Below are positions 38,088 through 47,758 of a stretch of DNA of 64,000 nucleotides, one piece after another. Within the stretch, counting starts at the first letter, position 1. Every line of letters begins with the position of its first letter. Location of the stretch: positions 1,664,001 to 1,728,000 of the forward strand of contig CBDDFZ010000001.1 in assembly GCA_965227515.1 (NCBI GenBank), written 5' to 3'. Source of the stretch: Alphaproteobacteria bacterium (GTDB lineage Bacteria; Pseudomonadota; Alphaproteobacteria; CALKHQ01). The translations under genes and the position numbers were made by a program. Below the pieces are notes generated by a model. The model saw only the letters and a program-made list of their open reading frames with translations, searched no databases and was not told where the DNA came from.

Positions 38088-38873
38088 TCACCGCCCTGCC
38101 GCGGTCTCGAGAAACGCTTCGAGCTTGGCCAGGAATTCGCGCGGTTTCTCGGCGTGGACCCAGTGGCCTGCGCCGTCGACGGTCTCCAGCGTTGCATGCG
38201 GGAACAGGCGGTCGATCGTTGGCCGGTGTCTCGGGCGGATGTAGTCGGACTGTCCGCCGCCGAGAAATAGCGTCGGCCCGTCGTAGGTCAGGTCCAGCAG
38301 GTGCTCGGGAAAGCCGCTCAGGGTGGGCAGGCCGGCGTCGAGCGCCGCCAGGTTGATGCGCCACGCGGTATTGCCGTCGTTGAAGACCAGGTTCTGCAGC
38401 AGGAAGGCGCGGATGGCCGGTTCGGGAATGGCTGCGCTCAGTTCGGCGTCCGCTTCCGACCGGCGGGTCACGCCGCTCAGGTCGATCCCCAGCATGGCCC
38501 GGGTGTAGGCCTGTAGCTTCGGCGCATAGGCGGTCGGCGCGATGTCGACCACCACCAGCGCCGCGACCCGCTCCGGATGCGCCAGCGCCAGGGCCATCGC
38601 GGTCTTGCCGCCGATGCTGTGTCCCACGACCACGGCCCGGTCGATCTGTTGCCGGTCAAGGAAGGCGCGCACGTCTTTGGCCATGGCGATATAGGCCACG
38701 TCGTCGTCCCAGGGCGAGTCGCCGTGATTGCGCAGGTCGAGGGCATGGACGTGCCAGGCTTCGCCCAGGCGCTTGGCGATGCTGGTCCAGTTCCGTCCCG
38801 AGCCGAACAGGCCGTGCAGAAGGATCAGCGGCGGACCGTCTCCGTAGGACTGATGTGCGAGCGCGATTTCCAT
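38088..38873 (-). CDS. Alpha/beta hydrolase (YbfF/ABHD11-like esterase)
   Basis: LHGLFGS, DLRNHG, GHSIGG, DIAP, GHWVHAE. Confidence 0.92.
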   Translation of the reverse strand: MEIALAHQSYGDGPPLILLHGLFGSGRNWTSIAKRLGEAWHVHALDLRNHGDSPWDDDVAYIAMAKDVRAFLDRQQIDRAVVVGHSIGGKTAMALALAHPERVAALVVVDIAPTAYAPKLQAYTRAMLGIDLSGVTRRSEADAELSAAIPEPAIRAFLLQNLVFNDGNTAWRINLAALDAGLPTLSGFPEHLLDLTYDGPTLFLGGGQSDYIRPRHRPTIDRLFPHATLETVDGAGHWVHAEKPREFLAKLEAFLETAAGR

Positions 38874-38909
38874 GGCCTCAACTGTGCGATGCGGCGGCGA
38901 TGTGCCAGC

Positions 38910-40001
38910 TTACTGCCGTGCGGCAGTGTCGAGCTGGACGTAGTCCGACCCATCGGGTGGGCCGTCGGTGAGGTAGGCGGTGCCCGCGCTCAGGTCCATG
39001 ATCACCGAGAACACGGTCTGCAGGCGCTTGCCCTCCGGGTCCCGCGGGTCCTCCCGGCGGCTGATGGCATCCGGCCCATTCGACTTGTCGCGCAGCACCT
39101 CCATGCACGCCTCGACGTCGATGCGGCCGTGCCGCTCAGCCAATAGGCGCCTGACCCGCGCCAGCCGCGGATAGCTGTCGGGCAGCACCTGCTTGCCCAG
39201 GTCGCGGACTTGCCCCAGGCGCAGGCTGCATACGTGGTTGGTATGGCAGAGCAGATCCTGCTCGGGCAGCAGGACGTCGAAGTCGCCGGGGGTGGCTTCG
39301 ATATCGACCGCCTCGGCACCGGCCTGGGCGACCAGATAGTTGGCGGCCGAGGCGACCGGCCCGCCCGCGACCTGCTCGATGGCGTCGCCCAGGTTCCGCG
39401 CCTCCAGGATGCGCCGCAGCACGACATGCAGCGGCACGCCGTCGGCGCGCATCTGGTCGGTGACCAGCGCATTCAGGCACACGCCCAGTCCGGCCGCATT
39501 GAACCCGATCTTGCCGATGATGCCGCCCTCGGTGAGCATGGTGAGCGACGGGCCGTCCTCCCGCTCGATCGCCACCACCACGAAGGCGTCGCGCTGTGAG
39601 GCGCGCCAGTCCCAGTTCTGGCACAGCAGCACGTTGCCGTTGGCGGTCGCGGCGCCGAACGCGGCAAACGCCGTGCAGCCGTCGACCAGCCGCGCGGACA
39701 GCGCGATCTCCGAGCGCGCGTTGAGCGCCAGGATATCCTCCAGCGCCACCCCGCTGCCCTCCGCCATCCCCTTGATCTCGGCCATCAGGTCCGGCGCATA
39801 GCGCTCGATCGAGGCGGCATAGGCTGCCCCCATGCGTTGCGCTTCCGGCCAGTCGATGCCGACGAAGTCGCGAAACAGGCGCTCATAGGTCCGCAGGGAC
39901 GCCGCAACCTGTTCGGCGGCCGCGGTACCGATGGCGGCACCGCGCGCGGCCGGATCGGTTTCGCTGCAGCGCACGACGGGAAACGGGAAGTTGGTGGACA
40001 T
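38910..40001 (-). CDS. C45 family autoproteolytic acyltransferase/peptidase
   Basis: LNARSEI, DGCT, QNWDW, GFNAAGLGV, HTNH. Confidence 0.9.
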   Translation of the reverse strand: MSTNFPFPVVRCSETDPAARGAAIGTAAAEQVAASLRTYERLFRDFVGIDWPEAQRMGAAYAASIERYAPDLMAEIKGMAEGSGVALEDILALNARSEIALSARLVDGCTAFAAFGAATANGNVLLCQNWDWRASQRDAFVVVAIEREDGPSLTMLTEGGIIGKIGFNAAGLGVCLNALVTDQMRADGVPLHVVLRRILEARNLGDAIEQVAGGPVASAANYLVAQAGAEAVDIEATPGDFDVLLPEQDLLCHTNHVCSLRLGQVRDLGKQVLPDSYPRLARVRRLLAERHGRIDVEACMEVLRDKSNGPDAISRREDPRDPEGKRLQTVFSVIMDLSAGTAYLTDGPPDGSDYVQLDTAARQ

Positions 40002-40282
40002 CGAACCCATCCTCGGCTGTCGTTGGCTGCAACCTATGCGGTGGACACGGTGGCCCATGTATTGGCACAGGCATTCTGCCCGGGCGCGAGGAGGTTAGCG
40101 CATTTTTGCTGGCTTTGGGTTGCCGTCACGCGCGACCGGCCTGGTGCCCCTGCAGCAAAACCTCTGACCCGGGTCTGGTCGTGCGTTGGCCATGCCGGGC
40201 GGCATGGCCATGGGTCCTGGGTTCTGGATCGGGATCAGCCTGCGCCAGCGTGCGCCCGTTTTCCCGCGTGCCTTTACGGCAT

Positions 40283-40345
40283 CCGGCCGCCCAGCGACTT
40301 TGACGTTGCGGGGCGGCCGGGCAGGGGAGGGGCCGGTGCGGACTT
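40283..40345. repeat. Degenerate family A palindrome
   Basis: ccggccgccc...gggcggccgggcaggggaggggccggtgcggactt matches the right arm of 15125-15209. Confidence 0.6.
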
Positions 40346-40359
40346 AGCCGGCCATGCGG

Positions 40360-41349
40360 TTAGCGGTTATCGAACAACTGCTCGACCAGGTATTCGTAGT
40401 TCTGCGCATTGTCGAGCGCGTCGTCCGGGTTGGTGCGGGCCAGCATCTCCATCTCGGAGATCGCATAGACCTCTTCGCCATGGTGGTTGGTGTAGCAAGC
40501 CTCAAGGCGCGGGGTCATGTGCGCCAGCTCGTGCACCACGGTGCCCATCTGGCTGTCCCACCCGCCGACCAGGGCGGCCTGGAAGAAGGCGGCGCCGAAC
40601 GTCAGCTCGCCGCGGCCCTGCATGCCGCACCAGGTGTAGGCGAACAGCGGGTTGTTGGGCTCGCACTTCGCGACGATCGGGTCGGCACCGGCCGACAGGC
40701 GATCCTCGATGTACTTCAGGTTCTGCGCCACCTCGAACCGGCTGGTCTCGTCGCCGAACCAGCGCTCGACCACATCGTCCTCGTAGGTGCCGATGGTCAG
40801 GCCCGACAGGCGGTCGCCGGTCTCGGCCAGCGCTTGCAGCGCCATCGCGACGGCCTGCTCGATGTCCTTGCGTTCCTCGGCGGAGCAGCCTTCGAACTCC
40901 AGCGCCACGTGCTCGTAGTCGAACGCGGCCGACACGGCCGCCGGGCCGGTCGCGACCGGAACGACGTCACCCTGGCCGAAGCCACCGCCATTGCCCTGGC
41001 CGTCCGAGCCACCGACTGCGACGAAGCCGTCGTCGCCGTTCTCGGCCACCACCGGCTGGTTGTTGCCCACCGGGGTGAAGCCAACGATCTCGGGCGCGCC
41101 GCCGCCATTGCCGACTGGCACGAACGCGTCGTTGCCGAAACCCGGCTGGCCGGCGTTCTCGACGGCCGGGCCAACGGTGTTGATCACGTTGCCATTGCCG
41201 TCGATCACGTTGACGATGTTCTGCGCCATCGCCGGCACGACGCCGGCCAGGATGGTGCCTGCGATCACGGCCGCACCGATGGAGGTGCGCTTGGCGCGGC
41301 CCATGGCCGGCGCGCGATGCTCGGTTGCATTCTTGGTCTGGTTGGTCAT
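40360..41349 (-). CDS. Secreted M35-like (aspzincin/Lys-N type) metallopeptidase with low-complexity N-terminal region
   Basis: Signal peptide AMA-Q, RWFG, GTVVHELAH, ALDNAQNYEY. Confidence 0.78.
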   Translation of the reverse strand: MTNQTKNATEHRAPAMGRAKRTSIGAAVIAGTILAGVVPAMAQNIVNVIDGNGNVINTVGPAVENAGQPGFGNDAFVPVGNGGGAPEIVGFTPVGNNQPVVAENGDDGFVAVGGSDGQGNGGGFGQGDVVPVATGPAAVSAAFDYEHVALEFEGCSAEERKDIEQAVAMALQALAETGDRLSGLTIGTYEDDVVERWFGDETSRFEVAQNLKYIEDRLSAGADPIVAKCEPNNPLFAYTWCGMQGRGELTFGAAFFQAALVGGWDSQMGTVVHELAHMTPRLEACYTNHHGEEVYAISEMEMLARTNPDDALDNAQNYEYLVEQLFDNR

Positions 41350-41502
41350 GGTTGCCACCTTGCGCTTGAGTGTTGGTGCAGCGCCCTTTGGCGCCGCTGT
41401 TGAGACCGAGATGGCGACGGTCGCGGGCCGGACCTGTGAACTGGGTCACCGGTGCGGGTGGAAATGCGTTAGGGTGCCGCAAAACGGCGTGCGGGTTTGG
41501 CG

Positions 41503-43008
41503 ATGAGTCGGATATTTGCGTGGGGTGCCCGGACGGCGCGGGCCAGAGTGGGCGTGCCAGTGGCGACGCTCGCGATGGCGATGCTCGCTTTGGCGGCGGT
41601 CTCGTGGTCGGGCCAGGCGAACGGCGACTGGATGCCGGAAGCTCGGCCGGAGCTGCGCGTGCCGCAGAGTGCGGCCGAGATGCAGCTCTCGTTCGCGCCG
41701 CTGGTGCAGTACGCCGCGCCGGCGGTGGTCAACATCCTGACCATCGTCAATGTGGCGGGCAGCGACCTGGGGCCGTCGCGGCTGTTCAACGACCCGTTCT
41801 TCCGGGAGTTCTTCCAGGGCTTCCCAGGCGGCCCGCCGGGCCCGTCCATGCCGCGTCAGGAGCTGTCGTCGCTGGGCTCCGGCGTCATTCTCACGCCCGA
41901 CGGTGTGATGGTGACCAACTATCACGTCATCGAGCGGGCGGACGCCATCCGGGTCGTGCTGGCGGACCGCCGCGAATTCGAGGCCGAGATTCTGGGCGTC
42001 GACCGGGCAACCGATCTGGCGGTGCTGAGGATCGGCATCGAGGCGGAGTCGCTGCAGTATCTGGAGCTGGGCGACAGCGATGAGATTCTGGTCGGCGACC
42101 TGGTGCTTGCCATCGGCAACCCGTTCGGCGTCGGCCAGACCGTCACCAGCGGCATCGTCTCCGCGCTGGCCCGCACCGAGATCGGCGTCTCCGACTACAG
42201 CTTCTTCATCCAGACCGATGCCCCCATCAACCCCGGCAACTCCGGCGGCGCGCTGGTCGGCATGGATGGGCGGGTGATCGGCATCAACACCGCCATCTAT
42301 TCCGAAAGCGGCGGCTCCCACGGCATCGGGTTCGCGGTGCCGGCCAACATGGTGCGCACTGTCGTCGGCGCGGTGCTGGAGCATGGGCGCGTGGTGCGGC
42401 CGTGGCTGGGTGCGGAAATGGAGGAAGTCACGACGGAGCTCGCCGTCGTGCTCGGCCTCGCGCGGCCCTATGGCGCGCTGCTGGTGGACATCGCGCCCAA
42501 CGGTCCGGCGATCGACGCCGGCCTACGGCCGGGCGACGTGGTGCTGGCGATCGAGGGCCACGACCTGGAGAACACCAATGCGCTCAGGTTCCGCGTCGGC
42601 ACCTATCCGGCCGGCACCGAGGTGGAACTGACCGTGCTGCGCGACCAGGAGGTGATCGCGGTCCCGGTCACGCTGCAGGACCCGCCCAGCGTGGCGGCGA
42701 TGGCCCAGGCACTGCGCCTGGCCGGCCCGCATCCGCTGAACGGTGCCTCGGTGACCGATATGACCGCCGACCTGGCGGCGGAGTTCGCGCTGGGCGACCT
42801 GCGCATCGGCGCCTTCGTCACGGCGGTGGCGGACGGCACCGCCAGCCGGCAGATCGGCCTGCGTCCGGGCGACATCGTGGTCGGCATCAATGGCGTCGAG
42901 GTGGCCAATGTCGAGGCGCTGGAAGCGATGCTGGCCCGCCCGCAGCCGCTGTGGCGGGTCTCGGTGCTGCGCAATGGCGTGATCCTCAGCGTCACCGTGC
43001 GCGGCTAG
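41503..43008 (+). CDS. Do/DegQ family serine endoprotease with two PDZ domains
   Basis: LGSGVI, TNYHV, TDLAVL, INPGNSGG; exact start uncertain. Confidence 0.93.
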   Translation: MSRIFAWGARTARARVGVPVATLAMAMLALAAVSWSGQANGDWMPEARPELRVPQSAAEMQLSFAPLVQYAAPAVVNILTIVNVAGSDLGPSRLFNDPFFREFFQGFPGGPPGPSMPRQELSSLGSGVILTPDGVMVTNYHVIERADAIRVVLADRREFEAEILGVDRATDLAVLRIGIEAESLQYLELGDSDEILVGDLVLAIGNPFGVGQTVTSGIVSALARTEIGVSDYSFFIQTDAPINPGNSGGALVGMDGRVIGINTAIYSESGGSHGIGFAVPANMVRTVVGAVLEHGRVVRPWLGAEMEEVTTELAVVLGLARPYGALLVDIAPNGPAIDAGLRPGDVVLAIEGHDLENTNALRFRVGTYPAGTEVELTVLRDQEVIAVPVTLQDPPSVAAMAQALRLAGPHPLNGASVTDMTADLAAEFALGDLRIGAFVTAVADGTASRQIGLRPGDIVVGINGVEVANVEALEAMLARPQPLWRVSVLRNGVILSVTVRG

Positions 43009-43026
43009 GGCGCTCGGACCCACGCA

Positions 43027-44403
43027 ATGGCGACGCTGTTCGAAGCCCAGGCGCCACGGCCGCTGGCCGACCGGCTGCGGCCGGAGACCCTGGCCGAGGT
43101 AGTCGGCCAGGAGCATGTGCTGGGGCCGGAGTCGCCGCTGGGCCGCATGGTGGCGGGCAAGCGCCTCAGCTCGCTGGTGCTGTGGGGGCCGCCGGGCTGT
43201 GGCAAGACCACGATCGCGCGCCTGCTGGCCGATGCCATCGGCATCGCGTTCGAGCCGTTGTCGGCCGTGTTCTCCGGCGTCGCCGACCTGCGCAAGGTGT
43301 TCGAGCGCGCCCGCGCCCGGCGCGACGGCGGCGAGGGCACGCTGCTGTTCGTCGACGAGATCCACCGCTTCAACCGCGCCCAGCAGGACGGGTTCCTGCC
43401 CTATGTGGAGGACGGCACCGTCACCCTGGTTGGCGCCACCACGGAAAACCCGTCGTTCGAGCTGAACGCGGCGCTGTTGTCGCGGCTGCAGGTGTTCGTG
43501 CTGCGCCGGCTGGACGATGCGGCGCTGGAAACCCTGCTCGCCCGCGCCGAGGAGATCGAGGGCCGACCGCTGCCGGTGGCCGACGAGGCGCGCCCGGCGC
43601 TGCGCGCGATGGCCGACGGCGACGGCCGCACCCTCCTCAACATGGCGGAGGAGCTGTTTGCGCTGCCGCCCGGCCAGAAGCCATTGACCGCCGCCGACCT
43701 GCCGAGCGTGGTGCAGCGCCGCGCGCCGGTCTACGACAAGGCGCAGGAGAGCCACTACAACCTGATCTCCGCCCTGCACAAGAGCCTGCGCGGCTCCGAC
43801 GTCGATGCCGCGCTCTACTGGTGCGCGCGGATGCTGGATGGCGGCGAGGACCCGCGCTACATCGCCCGCCGGCTGCTGCGCTTCGCCTATGAGGACATCG
43901 GCATGGCCGACCCGCAGGCCGCGGTGCAGGCGCTGAACGCCTGGGAGACCTATGAGCGCCTGGGCACGCCAGAGGGCGAGCTCGCCATCGCGCAGTCGGT
44001 GATCTATCTGGCGACGGCGCCGAAATCGAACGCGGCCTACAAGGCGGAGAAGGCGGCGCGGGCCAGCGCGCGCGAAACCGGCTCGCTGATGCCGCCGATG
44101 CACATTCTGAACGCGCCGACCCGGCTGATGAAGGACATCGGCTACGGCAAGGGCTATGCCTACGACCACGACCAGGAGGATGCATTCTCCGGCCAGAACT
44201 ACTTCCCCGACGGCATGGCGCGGCGGGAGCTCTACCGGCCGGTATCGCGCGGGTTCGAGCGCGAGATCGAGAAACGGCTGGCCTATTGGGCGCGCAAGCG
44301 GGCGGAACGCGCCGCCGCCGAGGGCGATGGCCCCTCCGGTGCCTCTGCCGATGCCCCTGGCGCCGCACCTGCTGGCAGCCCCGACCAGGACGCCGCAGAG
44401 TGA
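43027..44403 (+). CDS. rarA: Replication-associated recombination protein A
   Basis: PLADRLRP, GPPGCGKTT, DEIHRFN, SALHKSLRGSD. Confidence 0.96.
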   Translation: MATLFEAQAPRPLADRLRPETLAEVVGQEHVLGPESPLGRMVAGKRLSSLVLWGPPGCGKTTIARLLADAIGIAFEPLSAVFSGVADLRKVFERARARRDGGEGTLLFVDEIHRFNRAQQDGFLPYVEDGTVTLVGATTENPSFELNAALLSRLQVFVLRRLDDAALETLLARAEEIEGRPLPVADEARPALRAMADGDGRTLLNMAEELFALPPGQKPLTAADLPSVVQRRAPVYDKAQESHYNLISALHKSLRGSDVDAALYWCARMLDGGEDPRYIARRLLRFAYEDIGMADPQAAVQALNAWETYERLGTPEGELAIAQSVIYLATAPKSNAAYKAEKAARASARETGSLMPPMHILNAPTRLMKDIGYGKGYAYDHDQEDAFSGQNYFPDGMARRELYRPVSRGFEREIEKRLAYWARKRAERAAAEGDGPSGASADAPGAAPAGSPDQDAAE

Positions 44404-44426
44404 GAGCGGCGGGCTCAGCCGCCTTG

Positions 44427-44645
44427 CCCCTCTCCCATTTCGGGAGAGGGAGGGGCCCGCGAGCCGAAGGCTCGTGGGAGGGTGAGGGCCGGCACGATCG
44501 ATCGCGATCACTCAGCATTTCGGCGCGCGCCAAAGATATCGACTGGCGTCAAGGCGACTGCGCCGGCTCCGCGGCTTCGCCACGGCCCTCACCCTCCCGG
44601 CGCTGGACGCGCCGGGTCCCTCCCTCTCCCGAAATGGGAGAGGGG
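44427..44645. repeat. Composite inverted repeat of CCCTCTCCC/GGGAGAGGG type, family D
   Basis: About 62-bp arms (44427-44490, 44584-44645), each made of two hairpins. Confidence 0.88.
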
Positions 44646-44686
44646 ATCAAAGCGCGCCGCATTGATGCGCGGGCGAGTGAACTCGT

Positions 44687-45073
44687 ATGTCCGGACTGAC
44701 CATCCTGGCGGTGGCGGCGGGGGGGGCGGTCGGCGCGGTGGCGCGCTATCTGGTGGCGACCGGGGCGACCCACCTGTTCGGCCTTGGCTTCCCGTACGGC
44801 ACCCTGATCGTCAATGTCGTCGGCTCGTTCGTCCTCGGCTGCCTTGCCGAGGCGATGGCGCTGGTCTGGACGCCGTCGCGCGAGCTGCGCGCTTTCCTGG
44901 TGGTCGGCATGCTGGGCGCGTTCACCACCTTCTCGACCTTCTCGCTGGACAGCGTCGCCCTGTTCGAGCGCCGCGAATACGTGTCGGCGGGCCTCTACGT
45001 GGTGATCTCGGTGGTGGTGTCCATCGCTGCCCTGGTCGCCGGCATGCGGCTGATGCGCGTGGTGCTGCCATGA
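44687..45073 (+). CDS. fluC: Fluoride efflux channel
   Basis: GGAVGAVARY, FPYGTLIVN, GMLGAFTTFSTF. Confidence 0.96.
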   Translation: MSGLTILAVAAGGAVGAVARYLVATGATHLFGLGFPYGTLIVNVVGSFVLGCLAEAMALVWTPSRELRAFLVVGMLGAFTTFSTFSLDSVALFERREYVSAGLYVVISVVVSIAALVAGMRLMRVVLP

Positions 45074-46035
45074 GCGGCGTGGAACTCTTGGACGTTGCGG
45101 CCGACGACGACGACGTGCGGCTGGACCGGTGGTGCAAGCGCCACCTTCCCGGTGTGCCCCATGGCCGGCTGGAGAAGCTGTTGCGCACCGGCCAGATCAG
45201 GGTCGACGGCAAGCGCGCCAAGGGCAACCTGCGCCTACGCGCCGGCCAGCAGGTGCGCCTGCCGCCCGTACCCACGGCCAAGACGGACGGGGCGCCTGCG
45301 CCGCAACGCCAGGAGGTGACGCCCGATATGGTCCGCGAGGTGCGCGCGATGGTGCGCCATCGCGACGACGCCATCATCGTGATCGACAAGCCGGCCGGGT
45401 TGGCGGTGCAGGGCGGCAGCGGCACCCACCGGCACCTGGACGGCATGTTGGACGCGCTGAAGTTCGACGCGCCCGAGCGGCCGCGGCTGGTCCACCGGCT
45501 GGACAAGGACACCAGCGGCGTTCTGGTGCTGGCGCGCTCGGCCAGCGTCGCCCGCGCGCTCGCGCGCACCTTCCAGACCCGCGATGTCGACAAGACCTAT
45601 TGGGCGCTGGTCGCCGGCATGCCCCCGTCGGATGAAGGCACCATCAACATGGCGTTGGGAAAGCAGCCGGGCAGCGGCGGCGAGAAGATGGGGCCGGACG
45701 CGCCGGACGCCAAGCCGGCGGTCACGGAGTTCCGGGTGATCGACCGGGCCGGCGCGCGGGTTGCCTGGCTGGAGCTGAAGCCGGTGACCGGCCGCACCCA
45801 CCAGCTGCGCGCGCACTGCGCCTTCACCGGCATGCCAATCCTGGGCGACGGCAAGTATGGTGGCGCGGACGCATTTGTCGGTCCGGAACAGGTGGCGCGC
45901 CGGCTGCACCTGCACGCGCGCGCCATTGCGCTGCCGCACCCCGCCGGCCACCGGTTGCGTGTGACCGCGCCGCTGCCCGCGCACATGAAGGCCAGCTTCG
46001 ACTTTTTCGAATTCGACCCGAAGGACGCCGAATGA
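45070..46035 (+). CDS. RluA family pseudouridine synthase (RluC-like)
   Basis: S4 domain RLDRW, DKPAGL, VHRLDKDTSG, TGRTHQLR. Confidence 0.95.
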   Translation: MSGVELLDVAADDDDVRLDRWCKRHLPGVPHGRLEKLLRTGQIRVDGKRAKGNLRLRAGQQVRLPPVPTAKTDGAPAPQRQEVTPDMVREVRAMVRHRDDAIIVIDKPAGLAVQGGSGTHRHLDGMLDALKFDAPERPRLVHRLDKDTSGVLVLARSASVARALARTFQTRDVDKTYWALVAGMPPSDEGTINMALGKQPGSGGEKMGPDAPDAKPAVTEFRVIDRAGARVAWLELKPVTGRTHQLRAHCAFTGMPILGDGKYGGADAFVGPEQVARRLHLHARAIALPHPAGHRLRVTAPLPAHMKASFDFFEFDPKDAE

Positions 46036-46044
46036 CCGAGAACA

Positions 46045-46722
46045 ATGAGCGATAGACTGCGCCTGGCGCTGTTCGACTGCGACGGCACGCTGATCGACAG
46101 CCAGCGGACCATCCTGACGTCGATGGCGGCAGCTTTCGACAGTGTCGGCCATCCACCGCCGGACCTCGCCGCGATCAGGACCGTCATCGGGCTGTCGCTG
46201 GCCGAGGCCATCGTGCAACTGCTGGGCGATGCCGCCGCGCCGGGCACGGTTTCGGCGGCCGAAGACGCCTATTACGCGGCGTTCGACCGTTGTCACGCCG
46301 ACCCCAACATGATCGAGCCGATGTACGACGGCATGGCCGACGTGCTGGACTGGCTGGATGATGGCGGGTGGTTGCTGGGGGTCGCGACAGGCAAGACCCA
46401 CGCCGGTTTGCTGGCGACCCTGCGGCGGCATGGGCTGGTCGAGCGGTTCCAAACCTTGCAGACCGCCGACCGGGCGGCGGGCAAGCCGAGCCCCGATATG
46501 GTCTATCGCGCGACCCGCGATTGCGGCGTCGATCCCGCCGACACCGTGGTCATCGGCGACACCACATTCGACATGATGATGGCGCGTAATGCCGGCGCCC
46601 GGCGCATCGGCGTAAGTTGGGGCTATCACGACGTCGACGACCTGCACGCGGCCGGCGCCGATACCGTCGTGACCTCTTGTGCCGAACTGCCGGAGGCCTT
46701 GGCCGCAGTGCTGGATCGGTAG
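46045..46722 (+). CDS. HAD-IA family hydrolase
   Basis: FDCDGTLIDS, ATGK, KPSP, IGDTTFD. Confidence 0.93.
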   Translation: MSDRLRLALFDCDGTLIDSQRTILTSMAAAFDSVGHPPPDLAAIRTVIGLSLAEAIVQLLGDAAAPGTVSAAEDAYYAAFDRCHADPNMIEPMYDGMADVLDWLDDGGWLLGVATGKTHAGLLATLRRHGLVERFQTLQTADRAAGKPSPDMVYRATRDCGVDPADTVVIGDTTFDMMMARNAGARRIGVSWGYHDVDDLHAAGADTVVTSCAELPEALAAVLDR

Positions 46723-46726
46723 GGCA

Positions 46727-47428
46727 ATGAAGCGGTTCTACAAGCAGGCCGCCTACGAGACGCGCGACGACGGCCTGGTCATCGCGCTCGACGGCCGCCC
46801 GATCCGCACGCCGGCAGCACGTCCCTTGACGGTGCCGACGCCCGAGATGGCCGATGCCATCGTGGCCGAATGGAACGGCCAGGGCGATGAGGTCGACCTG
46901 AATGCGATGCCGATCACCCGGCTCGCCGGCACCGGCATCGATCTCGTCGCGTCGCGCCGCGACGAAATTCGAGCCGAACTGGTGCGCTACGCAACCACCG
47001 ATCTGCTGTGCTATCGCGCCGACACGCCGGAGGCACTGGCCATGCGCCAGGCCGCGCTGTGGCAGCCGGTGCTGGACTGGCTGGACGAACGCCACGGCAT
47101 CGTGCTGTCGATCACCTTCGGGGTGGCGCCCATCGAGCAGGCCCCGGCGGCGCTGGAGGCGCTGGACCGGCTGCTGGTGCCGTGCGGGCCGATGCAGCTC
47201 ACCGGGATGCGCACGCTGACCGGCGGTCTTGGCTCGCTGGTGCTGGCGCTGGCGGTCTGGCAGCGTCATGTGGATATCGAGGCGGCCTGGACCGCGTGCC
47301 AGATCGACGAGACGTTCCAGGCCGAGCAATGGGGCGAGGATGCGGAGGCGACGGCGCGCCGCGAAGCTTTGCGCGAGGACGTGCTGACATCGGCGCGGTT
47401 CCTGGAGCTTGCCGGCGATGACGGCTGA
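46727..47428 (+). CDS. ATP12 family chaperone
   Basis: MKRFYK, LDGRPIRTP, TDLLCYRA, DETFQAEQWG. Confidence 0.93.
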   Translation: MKRFYKQAAYETRDDGLVIALDGRPIRTPAARPLTVPTPEMADAIVAEWNGQGDEVDLNAMPITRLAGTGIDLVASRRDEIRAELVRYATTDLLCYRADTPEALAMRQAALWQPVLDWLDERHGIVLSITFGVAPIEQAPAALEALDRLLVPCGPMQLTGMRTLTGGLGSLVLALAVWQRHVDIEAAWTACQIDETFQAEQWGEDAEATARREALREDVLTSARFLELAGDDG

Positions 47429-47738
47429 GACCGATGCCAGCGGCGGGACAATCGCCCGCCATGTGGTGATCTCCGGGCGGGTGCAGGGTGTCTGGTATCG
47501 CGGCTGGACCGTGGGCGAGGCCACCCGCGCCGGGCTGAAGGGCTGGGTGCGCAACCGACGCGACGGCGCGGTGGAAGCCGTGTTCGTCGGCCCGGCGACA
47601 GCCGTCGACGCGATGATAGCCGCGTGCCGGAACGGCCCTCCTTCGGCGCGGGTCGACGATGTGGCGGTCAGCGATGCGACGCCGGACATGACCGCCGGCC
47701 TGGCGCCGGATTTCGAGCAGCGGCCCACGGTTAGGTAG
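47418..47738 (+). CDS. acyP: Acylphosphatase
   Basis: GRVQGVWYR, GWVRN, GPPSARV. Confidence 0.95.
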   Translation: MTAETDASGGTIARHVVISGRVQGVWYRGWTVGEATRAGLKGWVRNRRDGAVEAVFVGPATAVDAMIAACRNGPPSARVDDVAVSDATPDMTAGLAPDFEQRPTVR

Positions 47739-47758
47739 TTTCGGCTTGGAGGCATGAG

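Noticed and set aside
40063-40079. TGGCAC as a possible sigma54 promoter (also at 18819)
   Set aside because: No TTGC at the required spacing
44404-44686. Fluoride riboswitch upstream of fluC
   Set aside because: Conserved riboswitch motif not found; region explained by the family D repeat
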